From Eubacteriales bacterium (GTDB lineage Bacteria > Bacillota > Clostridia > Lachnospirales > Lachnospiraceae), in assembly GCA_030524745.1 (NCBI GenBank), contig JAUNGC010000022.1:1017-65016 (forward strand): a stretch of DNA of 64,000 nucleotides, written 5' to 3'. A program made the position numbers and the translations under genes. Below are positions 48,561-59,061 of this stretch, piece after piece (within the stretch, counting starts at the first letter, position 1; each line of letters begins with the position of its first letter). The notes beneath the pieces are model-generated. The model was given only the letters and a program-made list of their open reading frames with translations, did no database searches and had not been told where the DNA came from.

Positions 48561-49390
48561 ATGAAAGATGTAATGATTTTAACAGGAGCCGGCCAGATCG
48601 GCATGGCGATTGCCCGGAGAATGGGCTATGGAATGAAGATTGTAATAGGCGATAAGAAGCCGAAAATGCGGAAGCAATCTCTGAAATAATGAATGAGGCG
48701 GGGTTTGATACAGTCCCCCTGGAAATGGACTTATCTTCTCGTGAATCTATTATGAAGCTGATTGAAAAGGCACAGAGTTTTGGCGAAGTCTCCATGCTGG
48801 TAAATGCGGCGGGCGTTTCTCCCAGTCAGGCTCCGGTTGAAGCGATTTTGAAGGTAGACCTGTATGGAACCGCTATTCTATTGGAGGAAGTGGGGAAGAT
48901 CATCAAAAAGGGCGGCGCAGGCGTTACCATTTCCAGTCAGTCCGGCTGGCGTATGCCTGCTTTGACAGCAGAGGAAAATAAACTTCTGGCAACCACTCCT
49001 ACGGAAAAATTGCTTAATCTCCCTCTGTTACAGCCTGAGAATATCCGGGACACCCTGCATGCCTACCAGATGGCAAAACGGTGCAATGAAAAGCGTGTAA
49101 TGGCGGAAGCTGTCAAATGGGGAAAACGGGGCGCACGCCTCAATGGTATCGCTCCGGGGATTGTAGTAACCCCTCTGGCAATTGACGAGTTTAACGGTCC
49201 TCGCGGCGATTTCTACAAAAATATGTTTGCAAATTGTCCGGCTGGCCGTCCGGGAACCGCGGATGAAATTGCGAACGTGGCAGAATTGTTAATGAGCGAT
49301 AAGGGAGCATTTATTACCGGTTCCACTTTCCTGATTGACGGCGGCGCAACTTCCAGCTATTTCTATGGACCGCTTGCACCCAAAAAATGA
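48561..49390 (+). pseudogene. SDR family oxidoreductase with a single-base frameshift near 48662
   Basis: RBS AGGAGG plus MKDVMILTGAGQIG...GDKKP stops at 48687. The other frame resumes ENAEAISEI-MNEAG...NAAG...YQMAK. Confidence 0.8.
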
Positions 49391-49554
49391 GCCGGGAAGG
49401 ATGGGTCCTGCCGGACGCCCCGCATCAGTGGTATGCCAGGTCTGTTGCCAAAACTACTGACAGGTACGGAAAAACCGGCATGACCTTCGCCACGCCGGTT
49501 TTTCCGAAAATTATATTACTTCTTTATGTGACTCCGCCTAAGCGGAGTTTTTTT

Positions 49555-49902
49555 GTAAGCAAAACGATAAGCCGGGTTATGTCGTGAATGGTCATCTATC
49601 TAGCCCTGCCGTTGCCGGCAGGATCGAGCGACCCACCTGAAAGCAGGCCGGGCCGGCCTGTCGCTTTCTGTTCGGTCTTGCTTCGGATGGGGTTTACATG
49701 TGCCCTGCCTGTTGCCAGACAGGCGGTAGTCTCTTAAACTGCCCTTCCACCCTTACCAGGCAAAGCCTGGCGGTTCATTTCTGTTGCACTATCCTTGGAG
49801 TCACCTCCACCGGACGTTATCCGGCATCCTGCCCTGTGAAGCCCGGACTTTCCTCACCTGTCCCCTTTCGTCTGGACAGCCGCGACCATTTATTTTACTT
49901 AC
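49555..49902 (-). ncRNA. rnpB: RNase P RNA (class A)
   Basis: GAGGAAAGTCCGGGC, AGTGCAACAG, GTAAACCCC and ACATAACCCGGCTTA conserved regions. Upstream promoter TTGCCA-N17-TAAAAT. Confidence 0.95.
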
Positions 49903-50065
49903 AGCTTGTAATTTTACCAGCAAATGAACGGATTGGCAAGAAAAGATCTTGCATTGCCGATTTTTTTTGCTATACTTGTAACAGTTCAGGGACTCCCACC
50001 GCTGCCTGACCCTGAACCCTTACCGTACAAATAATATCGGCATGCAATACAAAAGGAGAATTTCC

Positions 50066-51256
50066 ATGAACATCCGCAACAATTACAAGCATACAATCAC
50101 CGCCAGCTACATTGGCTATATCACGCAGGCAATCGTCAATAATTTCGCGCCCCTGCTCTTTCTGACCTTTCGCAGCGCATACGGCATTTCGCTGGAAAAA
50201 ATCAGTCTGTTGGTGACCATCAACTTCGGCACGCAGCTTCTGGTGGATTTCCTTTCCGCCAAATACATTGATAAAATCGGCTATCGAATCTCGGTCATTG
50301 CAGCCCACCTGTTCGCTGTCGCAGGGCTGATCGGTCTGGGCACGCTTCCGAGCCTTTTCAGAGAGCCTTATGTGGGTATCTGCCTGTCAGTAATTTTATA
50401 CGCGATCGGCGGCGGGCTGATTGAAGTTTTAATCAGTCCCATTGTGGAAGCATGCCCCACGGACGATAAATCTGCGGCGATGAGCCTGCTCCACTCCTTC
50501 TATTGCTGGGGCTGCGTGCTGGTCATCCTCGTCTCCACCGGACTGTTCGCCCTTTTCGGCATTGATTCCTGGAAACTAATCGCCGGTCTCTGGGCAATCA
50601 TTCCGTTTTTCAATGCCCTCTATTTCACGCAGGTTCCGATCGCAAGTCTGACCGCGGAAGGAGAAGGCATGAACATCGGCGCCCTCTTCCGGTCCAAAAT
50701 ATTCTGGCTGCTTGCGCTTCTCATGGTCTGCTCCGGCGCTTCGGAACAATCCATGAGCCAGTGGGCGTCCGCCTTTGCGGAAGGCGCACTGCATGTATCC
50801 AAAACGGTGGGAGATCTTGCAGGCCCCTGCTTCTTCTCGATCCTGATGGGATCCGCCCGCGTATTTCACGCAAAATTTGCGGACAGACTGGCTCTTTCCA
50901 AATATATGGGATTTTGCGCAGCGCTCTGCATTGCCAGCTATCTTTTGGCCGCCTTTTCTCCGGTTGCGATTCTTTCCCTGCTCGGCTGCGGCATCTGCGG
51001 CTTTTCCGTAGGCGTTATGTGGCCGGGCACCTTCAGCCTCGCGTCCGAAAAATGTCCGAAAGGCGGCACCGCCCTGTTCGCCCTTCTGGCGCTTGCAGGC
51101 GACACAGGCTGTTCCTTAGGCCCCACCGTTGTAGGCTTCGTTTCCGGCGCGTTCAACGACAACTTAAAAGCAGGACTGCTCGCGGCCATTCTTTTTCCGC
51201 TCCTGCTGCTTGCAGGATTATATTTCTGTAAAAAAATCCTGCCCGTGAAGGCCTGA
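50066..51256 (+). CDS. MFS transporter
   Basis: About 12 hydrophobic segments, DKIGYR loop, AGGAG RBS. Confidence 0.88.
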   Translation: MNIRNNYKHTITASYIGYITQAIVNNFAPLLFLTFRSAYGISLEKISLLVTINFGTQLLVDFLSAKYIDKIGYRISVIAAHLFAVAGLIGLGTLPSLFREPYVGICLSVILYAIGGGLIEVLISPIVEACPTDDKSAAMSLLHSFYCWGCVLVILVSTGLFALFGIDSWKLIAGLWAIIPFFNALYFTQVPIASLTAEGEGMNIGALFRSKIFWLLALLMVCSGASEQSMSQWASAFAEGALHVSKTVGDLAGPCFFSILMGSARVFHAKFADRLALSKYMGFCAALCIASYLLAAFSPVAILSLLGCGICGFSVGVMWPGTFSLASEKCPKGGTALFALLALAGDTGCSLGPTVVGFVSGAFNDNLKAGLLAAILFPLLLLAGLYFCKKILPVKA

Positions 51257-51318
51257 AAACGGCATAACCCACCAACAGATTATGCCGCCTAAATAACATC
51301 TACATATTCTATTCTGCA

Positions 51319-51400
51319 ACAGGCGCCGGAGCGAAGAAACGTATCGAACGGCAGGCCGCGAACTGTGCGCGCCGATGCCTTTCTTCGCTTCAGCGCCTGT
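51319..51400. repeat. Long intergenic inverted repeat between convergent genes
   Basis: ACAGGCGCCGGAGCGAAGAAA paired with TTTCTTCGCTTCAGCGCCTGT. Confidence 0.6.
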
Positions 51401-51407
51401 CCCATTT

Positions 51408-53060
51408 TCAGACGCGGAAGCAACTGCCTCCGACAAATTCCCGCACAATGGAGTTATTGGGCAGGTTTTCGCTGCTCACGCCCAGAAAATAGTCCAGGAA
51501 CTTCAGCAATCGTTTCGCCTCAAAGTATTCCGGGTCTTCTTTCTGAATGCTGTAAAGAAGCGGTTCCGCATAGGTCTTGAGCACGCACAGTTCATAAATC
51601 AGCACGGAATTGAACATGGCGTCCGCGCTCTCCTGGTAAGGGAATATATTTTCCTCTTCCCCACGGCGCACGGAAGGCCACTGGGTTATCGTCTGTCTTG
51701 CGGTGATTCCCCTCGTCCTGGCGTCCCGCACCATGCGGCGCAGCAATCTCCCGTCGGTGGTGGGAATTCTGTTATGTTCATCCACATTTAAGCTGGTCAG
51801 CGCGCTGATGTATATTTTATACTTGCTCTCCTTTGGCAGCGCATAGGACATTTTATCGTTGAGTCCATGGATTCCTTCAATTACCAGAATATCCTCTTCT
51901 CCCAGCGTCAGCGTATTTCCGTTATATTCCCGTCTGCCCGTCTTGAAATTGTAGGTGGGCATCTCCACCGTTTTGCCCGCCAGCAGATCGCACATATCTT
52001 TGTTAAACTGCTCCACATCGATCGCTTCCAGGCATTCAAAATTATATTGGCCGTCCGCATCCTTCGGCGTGGAATCCCGGTTTACAAAATAATTGTCCAC
52101 CGCAATCGGATGCGGCTTTAATCCATGAGTTTTTAACTGAATGGACAGCCGGTGGGAAAACGTGGTCTTGCCGGAGGAGGAAGGGCCTGCGATCATCACG
52201 AACTTCACATGCGGCCGGGAGGCAATGTCGCCGGCTATATGGCCGATCCTGCTCTCCTGCAACGCTTCCTGCACCAGAATCAGTTCCGCCAGATCCCCTT
52301 CGCAGATCTTATCGTTCAAATCCCCAACCGTATCAATGCCGATCTGTTCTCCCCACCGGGTCGATTCCTCCAACGTATGAAACAGCTTTTTCCGTTCATC
52401 CAGATCGGGAATCCGTTCCGGCTCCTGCGCCGAAGGGAGCATCAGCATCAGTCCATCCTGATAGGGAACCAGTTCAAACCAGGAAAGATATCCGGTGTCC
52501 GGCACCATGTATCCATAATAATAATCATAATAGCCGTCCAGACAATATACATTCACATAGGAACCGCGGCGATAGCGGAAAAGCTGCTCTTTATCCTTCA
52601 TTCCCTGGGAAGCAAACAGCGCAATCGCCTCGTCCGTGGGCCAGGCCTTCTTCGTAAAAGGCAAAGCCGCGCTCACCAGTTCTTTCATCCGGGACCGCAC
52701 TTTTTCCACAAACGCGCCGTCCACTTTCAGATTTCCTCTGGGAGAACAAAACAGCCCCCGCCCGATGGAAAATTCCACCTTCAGCTTGCTCTTATCTGGC
52801 GCGCCCATCACATCGCACGCCGCCTTCATCAAAAGCATCGTTACGCTTCTGCCGTAAGTATCATGGCCGATCCGGTCCGCCGTCGTCAGAAAGCGAATTT
52901 CGGCCCCGTCCGCCGCCTCTTTAAACAGTTCCTTGATTTTTCCGTTCGCTACCGCCAGAACGATTTGATGCGCATAATCTTTCTGTACATCTTTGGCGAT
53001 CTGTTCATACGTCACTTGCCCCTCGTAAGAAAAAGATTTTCCATTCACTTTAACCGTCAT
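51408..53060 (-). CDS. Nucleoside (uridine) kinase with a ThrRS-like N-terminal region
   Basis: AGPSSSGKTT, VIEGIHGLN and RLLRRMVRD. The N-terminus resembles TGS/ThrRS. Confidence 0.88.
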   Translation of the reverse strand: MTVKVNGKSFSYEGQVTYEQIAKDVQKDYAHQIVLAVANGKIKELFKEAADGAEIRFLTTADRIGHDTYGRSVTMLLMKAACDVMGAPDKSKLKVEFSIGRGLFCSPRGNLKVDGAFVEKVRSRMKELVSAALPFTKKAWPTDEAIALFASQGMKDKEQLFRYRRGSYVNVYCLDGYYDYYYGYMVPDTGYLSWFELVPYQDGLMLMLPSAQEPERIPDLDERKKLFHTLEESTRWGEQIGIDTVGDLNDKICEGDLAELILVQEALQESRIGHIAGDIASRPHVKFVMIAGPSSSGKTTFSHRLSIQLKTHGLKPHPIAVDNYFVNRDSTPKDADGQYNFECLEAIDVEQFNKDMCDLLAGKTVEMPTYNFKTGRREYNGNTLTLGEEDILVIEGIHGLNDKMSYALPKESKYKIYISALTSLNVDEHNRIPTTDGRLLRRMVRDARTRGITARQTITQWPSVRRGEEENIFPYQESADAMFNSVLIYELCVLKTYAEPLLYSIQKEDPEYFEAKRLLKFLDYFLGVSSENLPNNSIVREFVGGSCFRV

Positions 53061-53982
53061 ACGATTCCCCTTCTATCATCCGCATGATCTGCCCGGACAA
53101 TTCCAGCCGCTCTTTGAGATGATCCGCCCGCATTCTGATCCGTTCCGTCTTTTCCCCTTCGGACGCGCAAAGCGGCAACTGATTCAGCAGTTCAGTATCT
53201 TTTTTTATTGTATGTTTTAAAAAAGAAAGTAGTACGGCGGATTTTTGAAAAATCAACTGCGGTCCCAGCCAGTCGCAGGCCATCCGCTGTTTTTCGTCCG
53301 GTATTTTCGCCGCTGTCATCTGCTGTTGCAACGCTGCCAGTTCCTTTCGTGCCCTGGCCAGACAGGCGGCATACGTTTCCTGTCGTTCGACTGCTTCCTG
53401 CCGTCCGGCTGCTTCCTGCCGTTCGGCCGCATCTGCCTTTTCGTCTCCTTCTCCAAAGGCTGCCGCGCATGATACTTTCTTTGTGTTGAGCGCCTTCATA
53501 ACCGGATAATATTTTCCGTCCTCCAGCACCATACTTTCTTCCACAATCAGGAAACCGTTATCCGAAAGCCACTGCCGCACCAGCCAGACCTCGGACTGCG
53601 GTTCCAGGATCACCCAAGTCAGCCGCTTCGCTTTTTGCGGCGCGTCGCTTAAAATGCGGATCGTGAGTTTACCGCCCATTCCCGCCGCAATCATGACGTC
53701 GGCTCCCTGCGGCTCTTCTTCTCCTACCGGAACCGTCTGCAATCCGTCTGACAGTACCGGCGTAATACAGGAAGTAAGACCGCAGGCCGCAATGTGCTCT
53801 TTGGCCCGCGCAAGCGGACCGGGCCGGACGTCCGTCGCATAAACATGAGGACAGACGCCGTTCTTTACAAGATAGATCGAAACAAAGCCGTGGTCGCAGC
53901 CCACATCCGCCGCGACGTGACCCGCCGGCACCATCTGCGCCACGGCCTGCATTCTTTTTGAAAGTTCCATATATCTCTCCAA
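53050..53982 (-). CDS. trmK: tRNA (adenine22-N1)-methyltransferase with an internal insertion
   Basis: ADVGCDHG, DVRPGPL, IAAGMGG and LEPQS. Lies downstream of rpoD. Confidence 0.88.
   Translation of the reverse strand: MERYMELSKRMQAVAQMVPAGHVAADVGCDHGFVSIYLVKNGVCPHVYATDVRPGPLARAKEHIAACGLTSCITPVLSDGLQTVPVGEEEPQGADVMIAAGMGGKLTIRILSDAPQKAKRLTWVILEPQSEVWLVRQWLSDNGFLIVEESMVLEDGKYYPVMKALNTKKVSCAAAFGEGDEKADAAERQEAAGRQEAVERQETYAACLARARKELAALQQQMTAAKIPDEKQRMACDWLGPQLIFQKSAVLLSFLKHTIKKDTELLNQLPLCASEGEKTERIRMRADHLKERLELSGQIMRMIEGESYDG
53377..53430 (-). repeat. 3 x 18-bp tandem repeat encoding AAERQE/AAGRQE/AVERQE
   Basis: Plus-strand units TTCCTGTCGTTCGACTGC, TTCCTGCCGTCCGGCTGC, TTCCTGCCGTTCGGCCGC. 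Confidence 0.85.
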
Positions 53983-53997
53983 AGGCCCGCCTGGCTG

Positions 53998-55113
53998 TTA
54001 ATCCAAATAGTCCTTCAGTTTTCTGCTTCTGGAAGGATGGCGGAGTTTGCGCAGCGCTTTGGCTTCGATCTGACGGATGCGCTCACGGGTGACGGAAAAT
54101 TCCTTGCCGACCTCTTCCAGCGTTCTGGCCCTTCCGTCGTCCAGACCGAAACGCAGGCGCAGCACCTTCTGTTCTCTTTCCGTCAGCGTGCCCAGCACTT
54201 CCACAAGCTGTTCCTTCAGCAGCGTAAACGCCGCCGCGTCCGCAGGCACCGGAACCGCGTCGTCCTGAATAAAATCGCCCAAATGGCTGTCCTCTTCTTC
54301 ACCGATAGGCGTTTCCAGAGACACTGGTTCCTGAGAAATCTTCAGAATCTCGCGCACTCTGTCCACCGGCATATCCATTTCCTCCGCAATTTCTTCCGGA
54401 GTAGGTTCGCGCCCCAGTTCCTGCAGAAGCTGTCTGCTCACGCGGATCAGCTTGTTGATCGTCTCCACCATATGAACAGGAATCCGGATGGTTCTGGCCT
54501 GATCCGCAATCGCTCTCGTAATCGCCTGACGAATCCACCATGTCGCATAAGTGGAAAACTTGTACCCCTTCCGGTAATCAAATTTCTCCACGGCCTTAAT
54601 CAGCCCCAGATTTCCTTCCTGGATCAGATCCAGAAACAGCATGCCGCGGCCCACATAACGCTTTGCGATGCTGACGACCAGACGCAGGTTCGCTTCCGCC
54701 AGACGCTTTTTGGCTTCCTCATCGCCCATCTCCATCTTTTTTGCCAGTTCAATTTCTTCCTCTGCGGAAAGCAACGGCACCTTGCCGATTTCCTTTAAAT
54801 ACATACGGACCGGATCTTCAATACTGACGCCGTCCGGAACGGAAAGGTCAATATTTTCCACATCCACCTCTTCTTCTTCCGCCAGAATCAATTCTTCATC
54901 CGGAACATCGTCATCCTCCGTGATGCGCAGCACGTCGACGCTGTTTTTCTCCAGCGTTTCCAGAATTTCATCGAACTGCTCCTCTTCCAGATGCAGGTCC
55001 GCAAAATAGTCGCTGATCTCCTGATACTCCAGAACATTCTTCTTTTTCTTTGCGATTGCGAGAAGGGCTTTCAATTTCTCGTCAAATTTCGCTCTTGTGT
55101 TTTCGTCCATCAT
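53998..55113 (-). CDS. rpoD: RNA polymerase primary sigma factor
   Basis: [27 protein letters not shown] and [18 protein letters not shown]. Confidence 0.98.
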   Translation of the reverse strand: MMDENTRAKFDEKLKALLAIAKKKKNVLEYQEISDYFADLHLEEEQFDEILETLEKNSVDVLRITEDDDVPDEELILAEEEEVDVENIDLSVPDGVSIEDPVRMYLKEIGKVPLLSAEEEIELAKKMEMGDEEAKKRLAEANLRLVVSIAKRYVGRGMLFLDLIQEGNLGLIKAVEKFDYRKGYKFSTYATWWIRQAITRAIADQARTIRIPVHMVETINKLIRVSRQLLQELGREPTPEEIAEEMDMPVDRVREILKISQEPVSLETPIGEEEDSHLGDFIQDDAVPVPADAAAFTLLKEQLVEVLGTLTEREQKVLRLRFGLDDGRARTLEEVGKEFSVTRERIRQIEAKALRKLRHPSRSRKLKDYLD

Positions 55114-55150
55114 GATTCCATCCTTCCTGTGTCTGTTTCTATTGTTAACG

Positions 55151-56923
55151 CTATTGCAAAGAAATATGCGTTTTGTTAAGTTCTTCCAATTGCTTCTTTC
55201 CCGCTATGACGCGCTGCAGAGCCTCCACGTCGGTTCCCATGTTCTGACAGTCGCGTTCATAACTGTTTCTCTTGACGCTGTATACGATATCGTGAAACGC
55301 TTTTTCCCGATCCTGTTCACGCTCCAGACGTTCCAGCTTCGTATGAAAGAGGGACGCCACCTCCCGCTGTTCTTCCTCATCCTCAAACATACTGATAATC
55401 GCCGCCGGATTCACCGTCTGCGCATCCATATCCGCAAACAGCCTCTGGGCCACCTTCACATACAGTTCTTCGGTAAAATCCCCGGCTGAAATATATTTTT
55501 TGATTTTCGGATAAAGCTGCGGCTGGTCCACCAGCCAGGTCAGCAAAAGCTTTTGCGCGCGACGCACGCTGTCCTGGGGCGTGTTTTTTTTCTGAACGCC
55601 GGATTTTGGCCGCTCCACCGGGCGCACCAGACCTGTCTGCGACGCATAAGTTCCGACCAGCCTGCGCAGGCTTTCAAAACCGATATGATACTTCTGCGCA
55701 ATCGCTTCGATATAGTTTTCCCGCTCCACCTCTTCGGAAAACTCGCAGAGTTTCCTGGCGATCTCCCTGTGGAATTTCGTCTTTCCCTCCGGGTCATTGA
55801 TATCATACTGCTTTTGCAACTGCCGGATTTCAAAGAAAAAGCTGTTTTCCGCGCTGTCCAGTCTTTTCTGAAACTCCTCCGGCCCCAGATTTTTCATGAA
55901 TTCATCCGGATCTTTATACGGCTCCAGATTAATCACCTTGCCGCCAAGTCCCGCCTCCTTTAAGATTCCGATGGCCCGAAGCGCCGCATTGACGCCCGCC
56001 CCGTCGCTGTCGTAAGAAAGCAGCACCTCCTGGGCATACCGCTTTAACAGGCCGGCCTGTCCCACCGTAAAGGCCGTTCCCAGCGAGGCGACCGCCTGGG
56101 TAAACCCGGCCTGATGCATCGCAATCACATCCATATAGCCTTCGCAGAGAATGATATTTCCCTTCCGGCTTGTCCTCGCAAAATTCAGTCCGTACAAATT
56201 CCGGCTCTTGTCAAAAATCTCCGTTTCCGGCGAGTTCAAGTATTTGGGCTTTCCGTCTCCCATCACCCGGCCGCCGAATCCGATCACCCGGTGATTGATA
56301 TCCTGAATCGGGAACATAACCCGGTTCCAGAACTTATCGTACATGCCGTGCTTTTCATCCACATTGCACAGACCGGCATCCCGGATCAGATCCTCCTGAT
56401 ATCCTTTGGATTTCAGATACCGGATCAGATCGTCGCTGTATTTATTGGAATAGCCCAGTCCGAAACGGTTCATCGTTTCATCGGACAACTCGCGGTTCTT
56501 CAAATACTGATAACCGACGACGCCCTGTTTGCTTCGCAGTTGAAAGTAAAAATACTTCGCCGCTTCCTTATTGACCTCCAAAAGCCTTGTCCGCCTGCTC
56601 TGCGCCTTTTTTTCTTCATGGGAATATTCCATCTCCGGCAGGGCCACGCCCGCCCGTTCCGCCAGTGCCTTCACCGCTTCCTGGAACGTAAAATTTTCAT
56701 ATTCCATCAAAAAGGTGATTACATTGCCGCCCGCGCCGCAGCCGAAACAATAATACATCTGTTTTGGCCCCGAAACGGAAAAGGACGGCGATTTTTCATT
56801 ATGAAAAGGACATAGTCCAAAATAATTGCTGCCCTTTCTCTGCAGGCGCACATAGCCGGAAATCACATCCACTATGTCGTTCTTTGTTCTGATCTCTTCG
56901 ATCAATTCATCAGGATAATACAT
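55151..56923 (-). CDS. dnaG: DNA primase
   Basis: CPFH..K.PSF..CFGC zinc finger, KYLNSPET and EGYMD. Confidence 0.97.
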   Translation of the reverse strand: MYYPDELIEEIRTKNDIVDVISGYVRLQRKGSNYFGLCPFHNEKSPSFSVSGPKQMYYCFGCGAGGNVITFLMEYENFTFQEAVKALAERAGVALPEMEYSHEEKKAQSRRTRLLEVNKEAAKYFYFQLRSKQGVVGYQYLKNRELSDETMNRFGLGYSNKYSDDLIRYLKSKGYQEDLIRDAGLCNVDEKHGMYDKFWNRVMFPIQDINHRVIGFGGRVMGDGKPKYLNSPETEIFDKSRNLYGLNFARTSRKGNIILCEGYMDVIAMHQAGFTQAVASLGTAFTVGQAGLLKRYAQEVLLSYDSDGAGVNAALRAIGILKEAGLGGKVINLEPYKDPDEFMKNLGPEEFQKRLDSAENSFFFEIRQLQKQYDINDPEGKTKFHREIARKLCEFSEEVERENYIEAIAQKYHIGFESLRRLVGTYASQTGLVRPVERPKSGVQKKNTPQDSVRRAQKLLLTWLVDQPQLYPKIKKYISAGDFTEELYVKVAQRLFADMDAQTVNPAAIISMFEDEEEQREVASLFHTKLERLEREQDREKAFHDIVYSVKRNSYERDCQNMGTDVEALQRVIAGKKQLEELNKTHISLQ

Positions 56924-56962
56924 ATGCTACCTTCATTTATGAAAAAGCGACTGTGCAAACCT

Positions 56963-57967
56963 TCAGTACGGCCAGGATTTCGGAATATAAATTTCCTCAT
57001 ATTTGGCAATCGCAAAACGGTCCGTCATCGCTCCGATATAGTCGCACACCACTCTTTCCCGCGGTTCTCCTCTTTCCATCAGCATGAGATATTCTTCCGG
57101 CAGAAGTTCCAGCCGGTGCAAATAGTAATCATACAGCGTCTCCACAAGAATTTCCGCTTTCCCTTCTTCGCCCTTGGCTTCCGGATTTGTGTAAACATGC
57201 TCAAACATAAACTTTCGCAGTTTCTGCATCGCATTCTGCACCGGTTCCGACATGGCAATCTCATTTTTTCCATAGCTGTTGGTCACAATATCGTGAATGA
57301 AATGATCCAGCCGTTCTCCGGTCGTCTCCCCGATCACTTCCCGGATTTCATGCGGCACATCCTGTTCCGATAAAATGCCGGCGCGGATCGCATCGTCCAT
57401 ATCGTGATGTATGTAAGCGATCTTGTCGGAATATCTCACCACACAACCCTCCAGCGTCATGGGATGCCCTTTGGTCTGGTGATTCCGGATTCCGTCCCGC
57501 ACCTCGAAGGTGAGATTCAATCCCTGTCCGTCTTTCTCCAGAAGATCCACCGTACGCACGCTCTGCTCCGCGTGGTCAAATCCATAAGGACAGACCCTGT
57601 TTAACGCCCGCTCGCCCGCATGTCCGAAAGGCGTATGTCCCAGATCATGTCCCAGCGCGATCGCTTCCACCAGTTCTTCGTTCAGCCTCAGCGCCTTCGC
57701 AATCGTTCTCGCGTTCTGGGATACCTCCAGCGTATGCGTCAGTCTGGTGCGGTAATGATCTCCCACGGGCGACAGAAAGACCTGCGTCTTATCCTTGAGC
57801 CGCCGGAAAGACTTGCTGTGAATGACGCGGTCCCGGTCCCTTTGAAAGACGGGACGGATATCGCACTGCTCTTCCTCCCTGAGCCTTCCGCATGAATTTT
57901 TGCTTAAGGTCGCATAAGGGCTTAAATACTCTTCCTCCCATTTCTCCAGATTTTCCCGGATATTCAT
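56963..57967 (-). CDS. dgt: Deoxyguanosinetriphosphate triphosphohydrolase
   Basis: FQRDRDR..HSKSFRRL..KTQV, RTRLTH.LEV and HDLGH.PFGH.GE. Confidence 0.93.
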   Translation of the reverse strand: MNIRENLEKWEEEYLSPYATLSKNSCGRLREEEQCDIRPVFQRDRDRVIHSKSFRRLKDKTQVFLSPVGDHYRTRLTHTLEVSQNARTIAKALRLNEELVEAIALGHDLGHTPFGHAGERALNRVCPYGFDHAEQSVRTVDLLEKDGQGLNLTFEVRDGIRNHQTKGHPMTLEGCVVRYSDKIAYIHHDMDDAIRAGILSEQDVPHEIREVIGETTGERLDHFIHDIVTNSYGKNEIAMSEPVQNAMQKLRKFMFEHVYTNPEAKGEEGKAEILVETLYDYYLHRLELLPEEYLMLMERGEPRERVVCDYIGAMTDRFAIAKYEEIYIPKSWPY

Positions 57968-58048
57968 TCGTGCCTCCAATTCGTCGTCCGCTCCATAGAA
58001 ATACCTGTCTTTTTATATATTCTGCGCAAAAGCGGAAAATCCTTTTTT

Positions 58049-58939
58049 TTACCGGCAAATGTCGTAAATAAATTCCGCGTTTTTTTCCATGGCTTCATAG
58101 GCCGTCTTAAACGGAGACATCTGAAAAACATGCCACATACCTTTATAGACATCAATTTTCACCGAAACGTTCGCTTTTACCATTTTTTTGTGCAGGCCGG
58201 TGGAATCCGACAAAAGCATCTCGTTATCCCCCACCTGGATATAGGTGGGCGGGAATCCGGACATATCCCCAAAAAGCGGAGAAATCAAAGGATCCCGAAG
58301 GTCCTGCCCCGCCGCGTAATTTTCAATCATGCGCTGCAGATATTCCCGATCCAGAACCGGGTCCACCTCCTGCCTGGAAAGATAACTTTTTCCCGAAGAG
58401 GTCAGATCCGTCCAGGGAGAAAGCAGGACCATGCCTCTGGGAAGAATCCGTCCTTCGCTTTTGAGTTTCAGCACCAAAGACAGCGCCAGATTGCCGCCCG
58501 CGGAATCCCCCGCCACGATCACATCCCGCGCGCCGTATCCCAGATACATCAGATAGTTCCATGCTTTCATCGCATCCTGCGTCGCAGCCGGATATTTATG
58601 CTCCGGCGCCAGCCGGTAATTGAAGCAAAACACGTCCATGGAAGTCGTTTCCGCCAGCTTCGTGGTCAGGGTCCTGGCATACACGGCGCTTCCCGTGGAA
58701 TAGCCGCCGCCATGACAGTAAAGAATGACATATTTTTTCATATGGGCGCGCTGCACTCTCACCCACTCGCAGTTCATTCCTTCCACCTCTACGGGCGTAT
58801 ATTCCGCCCCCTTTTCCGTTCCGAACAATGCGCCAATCCGTTCCTGGGACTGCCGGTGCTTATCGATATCGGGCTTCTCAACTATGCCGTGTACTTTACG
58901 GATCAGATTCATCAATCCCTGATTCTGCTTTTCGTTCAC
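58049..58939 (-). CDS. Alpha/beta hydrolase (HSL-like esterase)
   Basis: HGGG oxyanion motif, YRLAPEH, GDSAGG and GMWHVF. GTG at 58939 follows GGAGG (alternative ATG at 58972). Confidence 0.92.
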   Translation of the reverse strand: MNEKQNQGLMNLIRKVHGIVEKPDIDKHRQSQERIGALFGTEKGAEYTPVEVEGMNCEWVRVQRAHMKKYVILYCHGGGYSTGSAVYARTLTTKLAETTSMDVFCFNYRLAPEHKYPAATQDAMKAWNYLMYLGYGARDVIVAGDSAGGNLALSLVLKLKSEGRILPRGMVLLSPWTDLTSSGKSYLSRQEVDPVLDREYLQRMIENYAAGQDLRDPLISPLFGDMSGFPPTYIQVGDNEMLLSDSTGLHKKMVKANVSVKIDVYKGMWHVFQMSPFKTAYEAMEKNAEFIYDICR

Positions 58940-59061
58940 TGATACCCTCCTCTTCTCTGCGCGATGATTCATAGTTGTCTTCTCTCTGCGAAATGGTGTA
59001 TACTGATAGAAATAAAATTTTACGATAACGGGCATCCGCCCTGCACAAAAAGGAATTTTTC

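Noticed and set aside
49985-50020. GTTCAGGG/CCCTGAAC hairpin in the MFS leader as a riboswitch
   Set aside because: Single hairpin without conserved aptamer nucleotides.
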